From contig OY970126.1 of NCBI GenBank assembly GCA_963705915.1, positions 232,306 through 296,305 on the forward strand: a DNA stretch of 64,000 bases, given 5' to 3'. A program made the translations under genes and the position numbers. The notes under the pieces are model-generated. The model had not been told where the DNA came from. It did not search any database and saw only the letters and a program-made list of their open reading frames with translations. The stretch is from an uncultured bacterium (GTDB lineage Bacteria; Patescibacteriota; Minisyncoccia; UBA6257; 2-01-FULL-56-20). Shown one piece after another: positions 27,848 to 37,530 of the stretch (position 1 is its first letter; each line of letters starts with the position of its first letter).

Positions 27848-28607
27848 GATGCCTCACCATTATATCAGAAAAATTATCGAGTTGCTCTAAGAAAACGAGC
27901 TGTTCCCGGGCAAGGTGAAGCACGGCAAGAAACACAACAATCATCTCGGAGCGGGACTTTTCGTCGGAAAGGTTTTTGAAGTGCATATCCCCTTCCTTTT
28001 GGATTCGTCCAAGCACCTCGCCAATTTTTTCTTCTAGCGTGACAATTTTTTCTTTTATCGTCTCAGTCTCAAGCTCATATGTTTTGATTGTCTCAAAAAT
28101 GCCACCGAGCGCTTCGTGTAAGTGATCGCTTGTGGTTGTGGCTCCTGGGTAAAAAACCGTCTGACCCGGAGCCATGCCGGCGCTGCTTCCGCGACCCAAA
28201 AAATAGGGGCGGCTGTACGAATGATGGCTCTCGCTCCAAAGCTCACTCACATAGTTGAGCGCAGGTTTCAGCCTCTGATAAATCTTGAGATGTTCTTCAA
28301 GGTCTTTGATATCCGCCTCCTCTTCGCTTGTGAGTGAGAGTCCCGGCAGTAAATATTTCGACTTCAAAAAAATGAGCCGGCTCGCGACTGAAATAAAATC
28401 TGCGAGGATACGAAGGTCAACCCGAAAGCGGTCTTCATCGCCAAATCCCCCGCCCTGCTTGAACTCGTCAAGGTATTTAAGAAAACCGTCGGTGACCTGC
28501 GCAAGGCTCACCTCGCTTACGCTAAGCTTCTGTTCTTCTATTAATTCGAGGAGTTTATCGAGAGGGCCTTTGAACTCTCCGACGCGCAGTTCGTACGAGG
28601 TCGCCAT
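27834..28607 (-). CDS. scpA: segregation and condensation protein A (kleisin)
   Basis: N-terminus YELRVGEFKGPLDKLLELIEEQKL; overlaps scpB start by 14 nt. Confidence 0.85.
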   Translation of the reverse strand: MATSYELRVGEFKGPLDKLLELIEEQKLSVSEVSLAQVTDGFLKYLDEFKQGGGFGDEDRFRVDLRILADFISVASRLIFLKSKYLLPGLSLTSEEEADIKDLEEHLKIYQRLKPALNYVSELWSESHHSYSRPYFLGRGSSAGMAPGQTVFYPGATTTSDHLHEALGGIFETIKTYELETETIKEKIVTLEEKIGEVLGRIQKEGDMHFKNLSDEKSRSEMIVVFLAVLHLAREQLVFLEQLDNFSDIMVRHRGSE

Positions 28608-28656
28608 ATGTGCTTCATCATACGATATTCAAGCGTTTTAAGGTATACTGGAGCAT

Positions 28657-29769
28657 ATGCCGCAAGCGTTGTATCGAAAATATCGCCCCAAAAAACTCGA
28701 CGACGTTCTTGGGCAAGAAACGAATGTCGAGATTTTAAAGAGTGCGGCGAAAACCGGACGGCTTGGACAAGCGTATATTTTTTACGGCCCGCGCGGCACC
28801 GGGAAAACGACTACGGCCCGCCTTATGGCCAAACTGCTCAATTGTGAAAAGCGCCGCACCGATCCGGAATTCGCAAAACTCGGCGAGCCGTGCAACGTCT
28901 GCCGTGAGTGTCAAGAAATCGACGCGCAAACGTCATTCGATGTGATTGAGATTGACGCAGCTTCAAATCGTGGCATTGATGAGATACGAAACTTAAAGGA
29001 AAGTATCAAAACGGCGCCAGCCTCCGCGGAACACAAAGTGTATATCATCGACGAGGCGCATATGCTTACCGGTGCCGCCTTTAATGCCCTCTTGAAAACG
29101 CTCGAAGAGCCGCCTCGACACGCCGTCATCATTCTTGCGACCACCGAATTTGAAAAGCTGCCGCCAACGATAACGTCCCGCGCTCAACGGTTCATTTTCA
29201 AAAAACTGACCAAGGCAACGATGGTCACCAAGCTCTCCGAAATTGCGAAAAAAGAACATATCAAGATTGACGACGCCGCACTTGAACTTGTTGCCGCTGC
29301 GGCCGAAGGAAGTTTTCGCGATGCCGAATCCCTTCTTGATCAAATCTCTTCATTTTCTTCTTCGAAGAGCGGGGGTATAACACTCGCCGATGTTGAACGG
29401 GCGACGGGACGGACCGGTCTCAAGAAAGTCCACGCCCTTGCCGAAAGGATTATAAAAAAAGACTTAAAAGAGTCGGTGGCCTACCTTGCAGAGTTAAATG
29501 ACGAAGGCAATAATGTCGTGCAATTTACGAAAGATCTGATTCACTATCTCCGAAAGATACTTTCCCTCACAATAAATCCGGCAATCGAAAAATTACTTGA
29601 TAAAGATTTAACGAAAGACGAACTTGCCGCCGCAAAGAAATTGGCGGCCTCGGCAGATACAGCGTTCTTGATATTATTATTAAAAGCGCTCATCCGGGCC
29701 TATGCCGAGATGCGTTATTCCCCTTTCGCTTCCGTGCCACTTGAAGTCGCCCTTGCCGAAAATCTTTGA
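28657..29769 (+). CDS. dnaX: DNA polymerase III gamma/tau subunit, short form (370 aa; domains I-III only)
   Basis: YRPKKLDDVLGQE, Walker A GPRGTGKTT, zinc module CEKRRTDPEFAKLGEPCNVCRECQ, SRC motif TSRAQRF. Confidence 0.85.
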   Translation: MPQALYRKYRPKKLDDVLGQETNVEILKSAAKTGRLGQAYIFYGPRGTGKTTTARLMAKLLNCEKRRTDPEFAKLGEPCNVCRECQEIDAQTSFDVIEIDAASNRGIDEIRNLKESIKTAPASAEHKVYIIDEAHMLTGAAFNALLKTLEEPPRHAVIILATTEFEKLPPTITSRAQRFIFKKLTKATMVTKLSEIAKKEHIKIDDAALELVAAAAEGSFRDAESLLDQISSFSSSKSGGITLADVERATGRTGLKKVHALAERIIKKDLKESVAYLAELNDEGNNVVQFTKDLIHYLRKILSLTINPAIEKLLDKDLTKDELAAAKKLAASADTAFLILLLKALIRAYAEMRYSPFASVPLEVALAENL

Positions 29770-30764
29770 TGCGTAAATTTCTTGCCACTCATCAATATCT
29801 CATCATTTGGCTCTCCGGCCTCGTTATCATAGGCGCGCTTGCCGTACTCGTCCTTCAATTGAACAGCTCATTCTTGCCAACGCTCACATCGCTCAGTCAG
29901 CCGTTGCCTACCCCGCCGCCTGCTCCAAGCGTGCAACTTACGATCCAAACTAATGGAAGTCAAAAATCGCTTGTTGTGGCATGGAGCAATTTGCCGAGCG
30001 GCACGACGGTGCTCGATATCTTTCGTGGGAAAGGTGCCGATACCAGTACGTGGACCCTCTGGAAAACTATCCTTATTAACTTTAACGATCTGAACGGCGA
30101 AGCGAATTTTAATTTGAACGCGAGTGATTTGGGATACGAATATTACGTGCAGGCGCTTGGCGGCGGGTCAGGTGGTAATTCGGGCGGACCGATACTCTGG
30201 TCTTCTGGCCCCGGGGATCCAGGAACGAGTTCTTCAACGCAAGGCTCGGGCGGAGGGAGTGGCGATGGAGGAAATAACGGTGGAAACAATGGCGGCAATG
30301 GTGGCGGCCAAAGCGGCGGCGGGCAGAACGGTAACGGATCGAGCACCGGCGGACAAAGTGGCAATGGATCTTCAACGAACGGCTCCAGTACTGGCAGTGG
30401 AGGCGGAACAGGCGGCAGTAATTCTGGCACTAGTGGAAACCCGTATTACGATCCGCAGATCCAAATCACAGGTTATGGAACGGGCAATGGTGATTTTTGG
30501 GCCCAACACCTCGATCAAAGCATTGAACTTGGCTGGCAAAACCTCCCGGCGAATACAACCGATATCGTTTTCTACCGATCATCCAATCAGGACGGTCCAT
30601 GGAGTCAGTTCCTTGAGCAAGAAAACCCGGGAAGCACCGGATCGTATTCGCTGCAGATTGTTGATGGAACATTGAACGATCCGTATTACTACGAAATGAT
30701 TGCATCGCAGGGAACGACATCGAGTGCAACGTACGGTCCTATCTATCTGCCGCCAGAGCAGTAA
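29766..30764 (+). CDS. membrane-anchored protein with two similar beta-rich domains separated by a long Gly/Asn/Ser low-complexity linker
   Basis: ATGA overlap with dnaX stop; TM LIIWLSGLVIIGALAVLVLQL; internal duplication (W-NLP--TT...Y-Y); Gly/Asn/Ser low-complexity run. Confidence 0.5.
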   Translation: MMRKFLATHQYLIIWLSGLVIIGALAVLVLQLNSSFLPTLTSLSQPLPTPPPAPSVQLTIQTNGSQKSLVVAWSNLPSGTTVLDIFRGKGADTSTWTLWKTILINFNDLNGEANFNLNASDLGYEYYVQALGGGSGGNSGGPILWSSGPGDPGTSSSTQGSGGGSGDGGNNGGNNGGNGGGQSGGGQNGNGSSTGGQSGNGSSTNGSSTGSGGGTGGSNSGTSGNPYYDPQIQITGYGTGNGDFWAQHLDQSIELGWQNLPANTTDIVFYRSSNQDGPWSQFLEQENPGSTGSYSLQIVDGTLNDPYYYEMIASQGTTSSATYGPIYLPPEQ

Positions 30765-30767
30765 AAA

Positions 30768-31214
30768 CTAGCGTGTAACCGAAATAGTTTTATTGAGTTC
30801 CGCATGCGGCGCCGATAACGTGACGCTGCCTGATGCATTTTGTATGATCGAATATCCGGTATTGTAGTTTGTGACCGTATTATAGTAAGCGCTTGAAGCA
30901 GACGGATCGAACGGCATTAATGAAAGATAGGTCGGAACGAGGCACGGAGCGATATTATAACTCCCCGAGGCACTTCCCATATTTGTGGTTGTCGTCGGGA
31001 TGGCCCCGGAAGAACACCCAAATTGGCCGTTGCCTTGGTCGGCAATGTTCTGACGAACGGCAATAAGCAATCCCTCGAGGTCTGTTGTGCGGCGATTGTT
31101 GCGCGCTCCCGCCAGCTGCCCGGCAGGGTTTGCGACCAAGAAATAAACACCGACGAGGATTGCGATGATCGCAATCGTTACAATAATTTCAATGAGGGTG
31201 AGTCCTTTGCGCAT
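30768..31214 (-). CDS. type IV pilin (prepilin-type N-terminal cleavage/methylation domain; probable major pilin)
   Basis: MRKG|LTLIEIIVTIAIIAIL class III signal with Glu+5; 148 aa; C-terminal Cys pair. Confidence 0.75.
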   Translation of the reverse strand: MRKGLTLIEIIVTIAIIAILVGVYFLVANPAGQLAGARNNRRTTDLEGLLIAVRQNIADQGNGQFGCSSGAIPTTTTNMGSASGSYNIAPCLVPTYLSLMPFDPSASSAYYNTVTNYNTGYSIIQNASGSVTLSAPHAELNKTISVTR

Positions 31215-31221
31215 GAGATAA

Positions 31222-32631
31222 TTATTTAATTTCCTGCCAGGAAAGCAACTGGTAGCCGTTCGTCGTCAACGGAAAACTCGGCGGCGGGCTGTAGAGAAGG
31301 TTCGCGTCGTAATTATACGTGCGTGTCTGGAATCCGCTCGGCGAGTAGTTAAATGCCGAACGTAAATTGGTGCCCATAATGCCGAACGTCGTCAGTGAAT
31401 TCAGGGTGTAATTGCTTCCGCAGCTCGAGCTGTAATAATACCGACCTATCCAGCCGTTTTGCGCGATAAGCGCGGCGTCGATTGTGAGGTTATTGTCTGC
31501 GTTTAAGCCCACATTGATATCGTTTTGCGAAATAAGCGCGATGGTATCTGATCCGTTAAAATTTCCGTAGGTGAGGCTGTTGTCTACGGTAATATTGGAA
31601 TACGTTGCCGGGTTCACGGGGAATCTGCCAGAAGCAATAGTCACGCGCACACCGCTTATATGGCCGCGCACCCAGAGATTGTCCTCAAAGAACATATTTC
31701 CATTTTGCGGAATAGTTCCCGTGGCGAACTGCGTTTCAGTTTTAATGCTCCACGTCCCCCATCCGGTTTGATTGAGGTCGTTCGAACAATTGTGCGGTGC
31801 AGAAACAAGTGCGTTCACTTTGTATAACGTATAGGATGTTGTTGCAAGCACAAGATCATAGCCGAGGGCACTCGAGCTCGCAAAGTATGTTCCCGACGCT
31901 TGCGCGTCGGCTTTGACGGTTGCGAGGTCCTCGGTGATGTTCGCAAAATCAATGGCGGGCACGCCGAGCGAGCGGCCGGCAAGGAAAATATTTGGCTGTT
32001 GTGGTAACGCCGTCGGAGGCTGCGGGTCGGCTGGCGGCCCGTCGGTGTACACAGCCCATTCATTGAGGCCCGTGTCAGGGTCGGTGTATGTTGTAAGCGC
32101 ACTTTCGACTTCGTTGTGGGCCACGCCATCAAAGTGGACGCCGCTGTTTGAATAGATCGTGCCATACACTTGCGCGGTCGAACCGAACGCGACTGGGCTA
32201 TTTAGTACCCAGGCGTATTGAGCAAAGGATGGAACGCCGAGGCGCACAGTGATTTCCTTTACGATAGTGGCATCGGCCAAAACGCTGCCAGTACTCGTGA
32301 TCGTGACGATGGTAGACCCCGATGGCGGCGCCGTGATGTTCAGTGAAAACTGACCGATGGCAGTTCCCTCTTTGTTGTAGTACGTATGGACATATGGCCC
32401 AGCTTTCCCCGTGCCGTCGGTGAAGTCTTGCGGGCTATAGGCAAGATGCCACTTATAATATTCGATTCCCGCTTCAGCGATCGCGAATGCTTGTGCTTCA
32501 TTTTGCGATCGAACCGAAAGGTTGAGAAATGAAACGGCAAGCGACACAAAACCACCGACCAACGTGATCACGATAGCCGAAAGGAAAAGCAATTCGACGG
32601 CCAATTGTCCGCGGCGGGATTTTAGCATCAT
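31222..32631 (-). CDS. large pilin-like protein (469 aa) with class III signal; candidate minor or tip pilin
   Basis: RRG|QLAVELLFLSAIVITLVGG (Glu at +5); large beta-rich C-terminal domain. Confidence 0.55.
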   Translation of the reverse strand: MMLKSRRGQLAVELLFLSAIVITLVGGFVSLAVSFLNLSVRSQNEAQAFAIAEAGIEYYKWHLAYSPQDFTDGTGKAGPYVHTYYNKEGTAIGQFSLNITAPPSGSTIVTITSTGSVLADATIVKEITVRLGVPSFAQYAWVLNSPVAFGSTAQVYGTIYSNSGVHFDGVAHNEVESALTTYTDPDTGLNEWAVYTDGPPADPQPPTALPQQPNIFLAGRSLGVPAIDFANITEDLATVKADAQASGTYFASSSALGYDLVLATTSYTLYKVNALVSAPHNCSNDLNQTGWGTWSIKTETQFATGTIPQNGNMFFEDNLWVRGHISGVRVTIASGRFPVNPATYSNITVDNSLTYGNFNGSDTIALISQNDINVGLNADNNLTIDAALIAQNGWIGRYYYSSSCGSNYTLNSLTTFGIMGTNLRSAFNYSPSGFQTRTYNYDANLLYSPPPSFPLTTNGYQLLSWQEIK

Positions 32632-32635
32632 GATA

Positions 32636-33256
32636 TTAATTGCTATCCAAATTTCTGAGATCCACGAGCGTTGAAAAAGTGAGGATGGGTGATTTTTTGA
32701 TCGTCGACGTCTGATTTAATTGTACCTCGAAAGAAACGTCGACAAGCCGGATATTTGAGATCGCGATCGGATATGTCATTGGTGACTGTGTGCCAGTGTA
32801 AGAGCTGTCATAGTATGAGAAGAGAGAGGTTGAAGTTGGAATGATCACATGGTCGATCAAATCCGTAATAACCCCACTCGACGTTGGATAGGTCGCAGGC
32901 GTTCCGGTTGGCGCAATCACTTCCTGATAAATGGTCGACGTTGAGTAGAAATAGGTAACATAGTCAGCCGTTCCATTTTTATTAATATCAGTGTAGAAAC
33001 CAAACGAGCTGGTCCCTACGGAACCTATCGCATACGCCCCGTTTGCCGAAGACTCGGCCGATTGGATGGCTTCAGTCATAATTTGCAACGATTGGGTGAC
33101 GTCTGACTTCGACTGAAGCTGACCAGAAACAAGCGTGTCGAGGCCGGTGATGTTGTTGCTAAAATTGCCAACAACAATAACGACAGCCGATGCAATGGCA
33201 ACGACGACGAGAACTTCGATAAGTGAAAAGCCGGCGCGTGACGGGTTCTTTTCCAT
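32636..33256 (-). CDS. pseudopilin/minor pilin (prepilin-type N-terminal domain)
   Basis: RAG|FSLIEVLVVVAIASAVV. Confidence 0.7.
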   Translation of the reverse strand: MEKNPSRAGFSLIEVLVVVAIASAVVIVVGNFSNNITGLDTLVSGQLQSKSDVTQSLQIMTEAIQSAESSANGAYAIGSVGTSSFGFYTDINKNGTADYVTYFYSTSTIYQEVIAPTGTPATYPTSSGVITDLIDHVIIPTSTSLFSYYDSSYTGTQSPMTYPIAISNIRLVDVSFEVQLNQTSTIKKSPILTFSTLVDLRNLDSN

Positions 33257-34999
33257 CTAAAGTGCTGTCATGGGTATCGTTATCGACTGTTCGCCTGAGC
33301 CGACCGAAACTGTGCCAGTCGTCTCTTCGTAATTGGGAGCGATGATATCAATTGCGTAGGTACCTTGAGGAAGGTTCGTGAATAGTACCTGTGTCGGCGG
33401 AACGCAGCTCGCCGTGAAATCGACGGAAACATTATTAAGTTGAGGCGTACTTGAGGGATTTTGCGTATTCATCAAAACTTCATAACGGAAATAGCGATTC
33501 CCAGCGAGAGAAGCCGGCAGACTTGAGCTTGTTATGAAATACGTGTTTGCCGTGCCGTCTGGGCCAACAAAATTCCAGGTGGCGTTATCGTTGTTCGCGG
33601 CGACTTGAAATTCGAGGAGCGTAGAACTCGGTTGCGTGGCCGGAATCCAGCTCATCGTATTAAATGTAGAACTCGCACTGCCGACGTCAAACGTATTTGA
33701 AATGAGCCAATCGGTGGTTGACGTGGAATATGCAGACGAGGCGTTGGCAAGCAGAGTGAGTTCGCCCGGCGTTGATGTGCTTATGCCGCCGTCTTCGCTT
33801 GAGTATTCTCCAGCCGACCAATCGGATTGGGAGAATGCTGCATGATTGGTGACAAGATTCGCGGAGAAACCACCCTTTGTGATCGTCACATTCGCGTTTG
33901 GAATGTTTGCGCCGGTTGTCGCGTCATCCACGGAAACGAGAAGTGATGGATCGGCTGCCGGTTGCACAATAAATTGGAAAGGGATGGTCGTGCTCGGATT
34001 TATCGTGACGGGATCGAGCGGGATCGTACCAGCGATGTCCTGCGTAGCGCTCGAGAGCGTGAGCGTATACGTGTCCCATTCAAGGTTGGAAAATGTGAAC
34101 GTGCCGCTCGCATTGGTTGCTGAACTGGTCGAGAATTTAAGGACGTTCGGATTTGTGCCGATCGTTTTTGTTCCCTGAATTGAGAATGGATCCTCGCCAA
34201 CCGCCATGCAACGGTTGCTTTCTGTTGAAACATTGAGGGTGCTCACGTGGTCGATGGCGAACGTCACATCGCTCACCGTTCCCGTTGTCACGGTTATATT
34301 CGGTTGAGTTGGATTGGGATTGCCCGCGCCGCCAACGGGATAGGTTTGCTCACTTGAATAGCCGCTCTTTGAAACAAAAATTTGATATCCCTGAGAGCTT
34401 GTTGGCACACCGATCAGCTTCAGAACGCCGCTCACGTTTGTGATGTCAGTGAGGTTAATCGTCGGCGTAACCGACGCGTTCACAACCTGAACCGTTGCGC
34501 TTGTCACTGGATTCCCATTTGCATCGATGGCGTAGATGAAAATCGATCCGTAGCCAGTCCCCTCGTCGAGGAGCGATGGCGCAACGGTCGTTGTGATCTC
34601 AACGGGGACAAAATTTGTGCACAACGGACACGAAGCGGTTATATCGAGCAGTTTGTAATCGGCGACCGGAGAACTCGAAGGCGATGTGTCGTAGGGATCT
34701 TGGATGTTGAGCACCGTGGTTTGCAACGTGAAGGTGAATGCACCCTGTACGACCGTCTGCGATTGCGGGATCACGCCAGATGGAACGCCGTTCACCGTTC
34801 CCACGTCGGCGTACGGGAGATTGCGGGTCATCTCTATTTCGTTATTGATTGCTTCTGCTGCAGCGCTTCGCACATTCACGTTAGACACCGCAGTCTCAAT
34901 TGAAAAATAAACCAAATACACGCCACCAAAGAGCAGCGCGATGATCGCCATGCTCATCACGAGGTCCAAGAGGGTCGTCCCGGCGCGCGATCTTTTCAT
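33257..34999 (-). CDS. giant pilin-like protein (580 aa) with class III-like signal (Asp at +5)
   Basis: RAG|TTLLDLVMSMAIIALLFGG; Thr/Ser/Asn-rich beta domains; first gene after pilC. Confidence 0.55.
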   Translation of the reverse strand: MKRSRAGTTLLDLVMSMAIIALLFGGVYLVYFSIETAVSNVNVRSAAAEAINNEIEMTRNLPYADVGTVNGVPSGVIPQSQTVVQGAFTFTLQTTVLNIQDPYDTSPSSSPVADYKLLDITASCPLCTNFVPVEITTTVAPSLLDEGTGYGSIFIYAIDANGNPVTSATVQVVNASVTPTINLTDITNVSGVLKLIGVPTSSQGYQIFVSKSGYSSEQTYPVGGAGNPNPTQPNITVTTGTVSDVTFAIDHVSTLNVSTESNRCMAVGEDPFSIQGTKTIGTNPNVLKFSTSSATNASGTFTFSNLEWDTYTLTLSSATQDIAGTIPLDPVTINPSTTIPFQFIVQPAADPSLLVSVDDATTGANIPNANVTITKGGFSANLVTNHAAFSQSDWSAGEYSSEDGGISTSTPGELTLLANASSAYSTSTTDWLISNTFDVGSASSTFNTMSWIPATQPSSTLLEFQVAANNDNATWNFVGPDGTANTYFITSSSLPASLAGNRYFRYEVLMNTQNPSSTPQLNNVSVDFTASCVPPTQVLFTNLPQGTYAIDIIAPNYEETTGTVSVGSGEQSITIPMTAL

Positions 35000-35004
35000 G
35001 GCGA

Positions 35005-36174
35005 TTAGTTGATGCCCTGTGAAATCGAGTAGATCGGCGTGATGATGGAGAGCGCCACAAAGCCCACGAGGAGGCCCATGAGCAGAAGCATGAGCGGCTC
35101 AATGAGCGACGTCAGTGAGTGGAGCTTATTGTCGACTTCTTCGTCATAATAGCCCGACAAATATTCAAGGTTTTCCTCAAGATTTCCCGTGCTTTCGCCG
35201 ATGAGCACCATGCCCGAAACAAGCGGTGGGAAAAGTTTTTTACGTGTTGAAAGATACGCGCCCATCTGCGCACCTTTTTTAACCTCTTCGGCACTCGCAA
35301 GAATAACCTTCCTATAAACAAGGTTATTAAATGTGGCCGCCGTGATATCAAGCGCTTCAACGATCTTCACGCCGCTCTTCAGCAGTAACCCCAGCACGCG
35401 TGTGAAGTTCACCATATTCACCCCAACGGTAAGATCGGAGACGACAGGGATCAAGAGTAGGATCCGGTCGATAACGTACTGCACGAACTTTACGCGGCTC
35501 ACGAGGATTTTTACGATGATGATAAGAACGATAATGCCCGCAAGCAATTGTATGCCGTAGGTTTCCACAAAGTGCAGCGTTGCAAGCAATATGACTGTTG
35601 TGAGTGGTAATTGTACATTCAAGCTGCTGAAGACGGGGATTAATTTTGGAAATACATAAAACGTGAGGAATCCGGCAACGGCAATCGTTGCGCACAAGAT
35701 GACGAGCGGATAGATCATCGCTGAGCGGACTTTACCTTCAAGCACTTTCGAGCGATTGAGTTCGTCGGCAAGGTACAATAAATTCTTTGCAAGCGTACCG
35801 CTCGACTCCCCCACCCGTACAATGTTCACAAAAAACGCGCCGAATAAGTACTCGTATCGTTCGAGGCCGTCGGCAAGAAATTTTCCATTATTGACGTCGG
35901 CAAGCAAACTATCGAGCACATCTTTTAAAACCTTCGACTCGGTTTGTGACTGGATAATCTTTAGCCCTTCAAATATTGGTAAGCCCGCTTTAATAACCAG
36001 TGAAAGATGTCGGGCAAAATTGATTCGATCCTGAACGGAAATCCGCCCAAATATACGGGAAAAAATGCTTGGCCCTGTTTTCCTAATTCCTTTTGGGGGC
36101 TTCGCTAAAGGCGGCGGTTGCCCGGCTGTCGCGATTTTTTGGGTCGACTCAAGTGTGGGTCGCGGTATATCCAT
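35005..36174 (-). CDS. pilC: type IV pilus assembly platform protein PilC (GspF family); start set at MDIP to avoid overlap with pilB
   Basis: Two T2SSF repeats, 3 TM helices; ORF as called (to 36252) would overlap pilB by 74 nt. Confidence 0.8.
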   Translation of the reverse strand: MDIPRPTLESTQKIATAGQPPPLAKPPKGIRKTGPSIFSRIFGRISVQDRINFARHLSLVIKAGLPIFEGLKIIQSQTESKVLKDVLDSLLADVNNGKFLADGLERYEYLFGAFFVNIVRVGESSGTLAKNLLYLADELNRSKVLEGKVRSAMIYPLVILCATIAVAGFLTFYVFPKLIPVFSSLNVQLPLTTVILLATLHFVETYGIQLLAGIIVLIIIVKILVSRVKFVQYVIDRILLLIPVVSDLTVGVNMVNFTRVLGLLLKSGVKIVEALDITAATFNNLVYRKVILASAEEVKKGAQMGAYLSTRKKLFPPLVSGMVLIGESTGNLEENLEYLSGYYDEEVDNKLHSLTSLIEPLMLLLMGLLVGFVALSIITPIYSISQGIN

Positions 36175-36178
36175 GGGG

Positions 36179-37408
36179 TTATTCATGAACCACGCGCAGA
36201 ATTTCTTCGATCGACGTGAGGCCCAGTGATGCTTTTCGGAGCGCGTCTTCAATCATGGTCGTCATGCCGTTTTTCACTGCTTGCTCTTTGATTTCGTGAG
36301 CCGATGCATGGTTCATGATGAGCTGGCGTACATCATCCGTCACTTCAAGAACCTCCCGCACGCCGAGACGTCCTTGGAATCCGCTACCATTACACTCGGC
36401 GCACCCTTGCGCCTTAAAAAATTTCATTTCAGGTCGCAACGTCGGAATGATCTCTAGGAGGCTTTTAAATTCATCGAGCGTGAGCTTTCGCTCGGTTTTG
36501 CATTTTTGGCACAACATGCGGACAAGGCGCTGGCCGATCGCAACGTTCACCGTTGATGCGACGAGAAACGATGGCACGCCCATATCGAGCAAGCGTGGAA
36601 ATGTTGTTGCGGAGTCGTTGGTATGAAGCGTCGAAAGCACGAGGTGGCCGGTGAGCGCAGCGTTCACGGCAATCGACGCCGTTTCTTCATCGCGAATTTC
36701 ACCGACCATCACGATGTTCGGATCTTGGCGCAATATCGAACGCAATCCGCTCGCAAAGGTGAATCCAATTTCTGCGTTGGTTTGGATCTGCGTCGTGCCA
36801 TCGAGCGAGTATTCGATCGGATCCTCAATCGTCACGATGGACGCCTCAGAACTATTCAATTGCTTTAATAAGGTGTAGAGCGTCGTTGTTTTTCCAGAAC
36901 CCGTCGGGCCGTTCGCAAGGATCATGCCGTATGGCTTCCCTATTGCGCCCATAACCTTCTTCAAATCCTCCGCGCTGAACCCTAAATCTTTTAATTCAAA
37001 ATTTTGCGTTCCAGCAAGCACGCGGAGAATCGCATTCTCACCGTAATACGTCGGGATAATTGAAACGCGCACATCCACGTCGCCGAAATCTTGAATGGCG
37101 ATGCGCAACCTTCCGTCTTGTGGAAGTAAGTGTTCGTCGGTTCGGAGACCTGAAAGCACCTTGATGCGGCTTATGATCTCCGGATGAAGCCGCATATCAA
37201 TCTTCTTCTCGAACACGTCAAAGAGCAATCCGTCGATGCGGTAGCGAACGCGCAGTTGATCCCTTGTCGGTTCAATATGAATATCCGAGGCATTCGCAAT
37301 ATAGGCGTATTCCACGAACAAATCGACGAGGTTGATAATCGAAATGCTCTCGAGCGATTCTCCGAGCAAATTTTCAATAAGGGGCTTTAGCGATTTGATA
37401 TCGCGCAT
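36179..37408 (-). CDS. pilB: type IV pilus assembly ATPase PilB (GspE family, short N-terminus)
   Basis: Walker A GPTGSGKTTT, Asp box, Walker B, His box, tetracysteine motif CQKCK...CAECNGSG. Confidence 0.85.
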   Translation of the reverse strand: MRDIKSLKPLIENLLGESLESISIINLVDLFVEYAYIANASDIHIEPTRDQLRVRYRIDGLLFDVFEKKIDMRLHPEIISRIKVLSGLRTDEHLLPQDGRLRIAIQDFGDVDVRVSIIPTYYGENAILRVLAGTQNFELKDLGFSAEDLKKVMGAIGKPYGMILANGPTGSGKTTTLYTLLKQLNSSEASIVTIEDPIEYSLDGTTQIQTNAEIGFTFASGLRSILRQDPNIVMVGEIRDEETASIAVNAALTGHLVLSTLHTNDSATTFPRLLDMGVPSFLVASTVNVAIGQRLVRMLCQKCKTERKLTLDEFKSLLEIIPTLRPEMKFFKAQGCAECNGSGFQGRLGVREVLEVTDDVRQLIMNHASAHEIKEQAVKNGMTTMIEDALRKASLGLTSIEEILRVVHE

Positions 37409-37424
37409 GTTTTTATTGTATCAT
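37395..37424 (+). promoter_or_regulatory. candidate promoter for tRNA-Gln (TTGATA-N18-TATCAT), overlapping the first codons of pilB on the opposite strand
   Basis: -35 37395-37400, -10 37419-37424, about 30 nt upstream of tRNA 5' end. Confidence 0.3.
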
Positions 37425-37455
37425 AGGAAACGCACACGATTTTCGCAGTATATTT

Positions 37456-37527
37456 TGCCGGATCGTCTAATGGTAGGACTCCGCTCTCTGGAAGCGGGTA
37501 TCTTGGTTCGAATCCAGGTCCGGCAGC
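37456..37527 (+). tRNA. tRNA-Gln(CTG); U1-A72 acceptor pair, CCA not encoded
   Basis: TGCCGGA acceptor, D-stem GTCT/GGAC, anticodon stem CCGCT/AGCGG with loop CUCUGGA, TPsiC CTTGG-TTCGAAT-CCAGG, TCCGGCA-G. Confidence 0.8.
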
Positions 37528-37530
37528 AAG

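Noticed and set aside
30143-30430. 95-aa Pro/Leu-rich ORF on the minus strand and a periodic GGN-rich DNA stretch that superficially resembles a repeat array
   Set aside because: It is the antisense frame of the Gly/Asn/Ser low-complexity linker of the plus-strand gene 29766..30764. There is no repeat-spacer architecture, so it is not CRISPR and not a separate gene
37449-37454. TATATT hexamer 2 nt upstream of the tRNA-Gln 5' end as a -10 element
   Set aside because: It is too close. A transcript would start inside the mature tRNA. The TTGATA-N18-TATCAT pair further upstream gives a sensible ~24-nt leader
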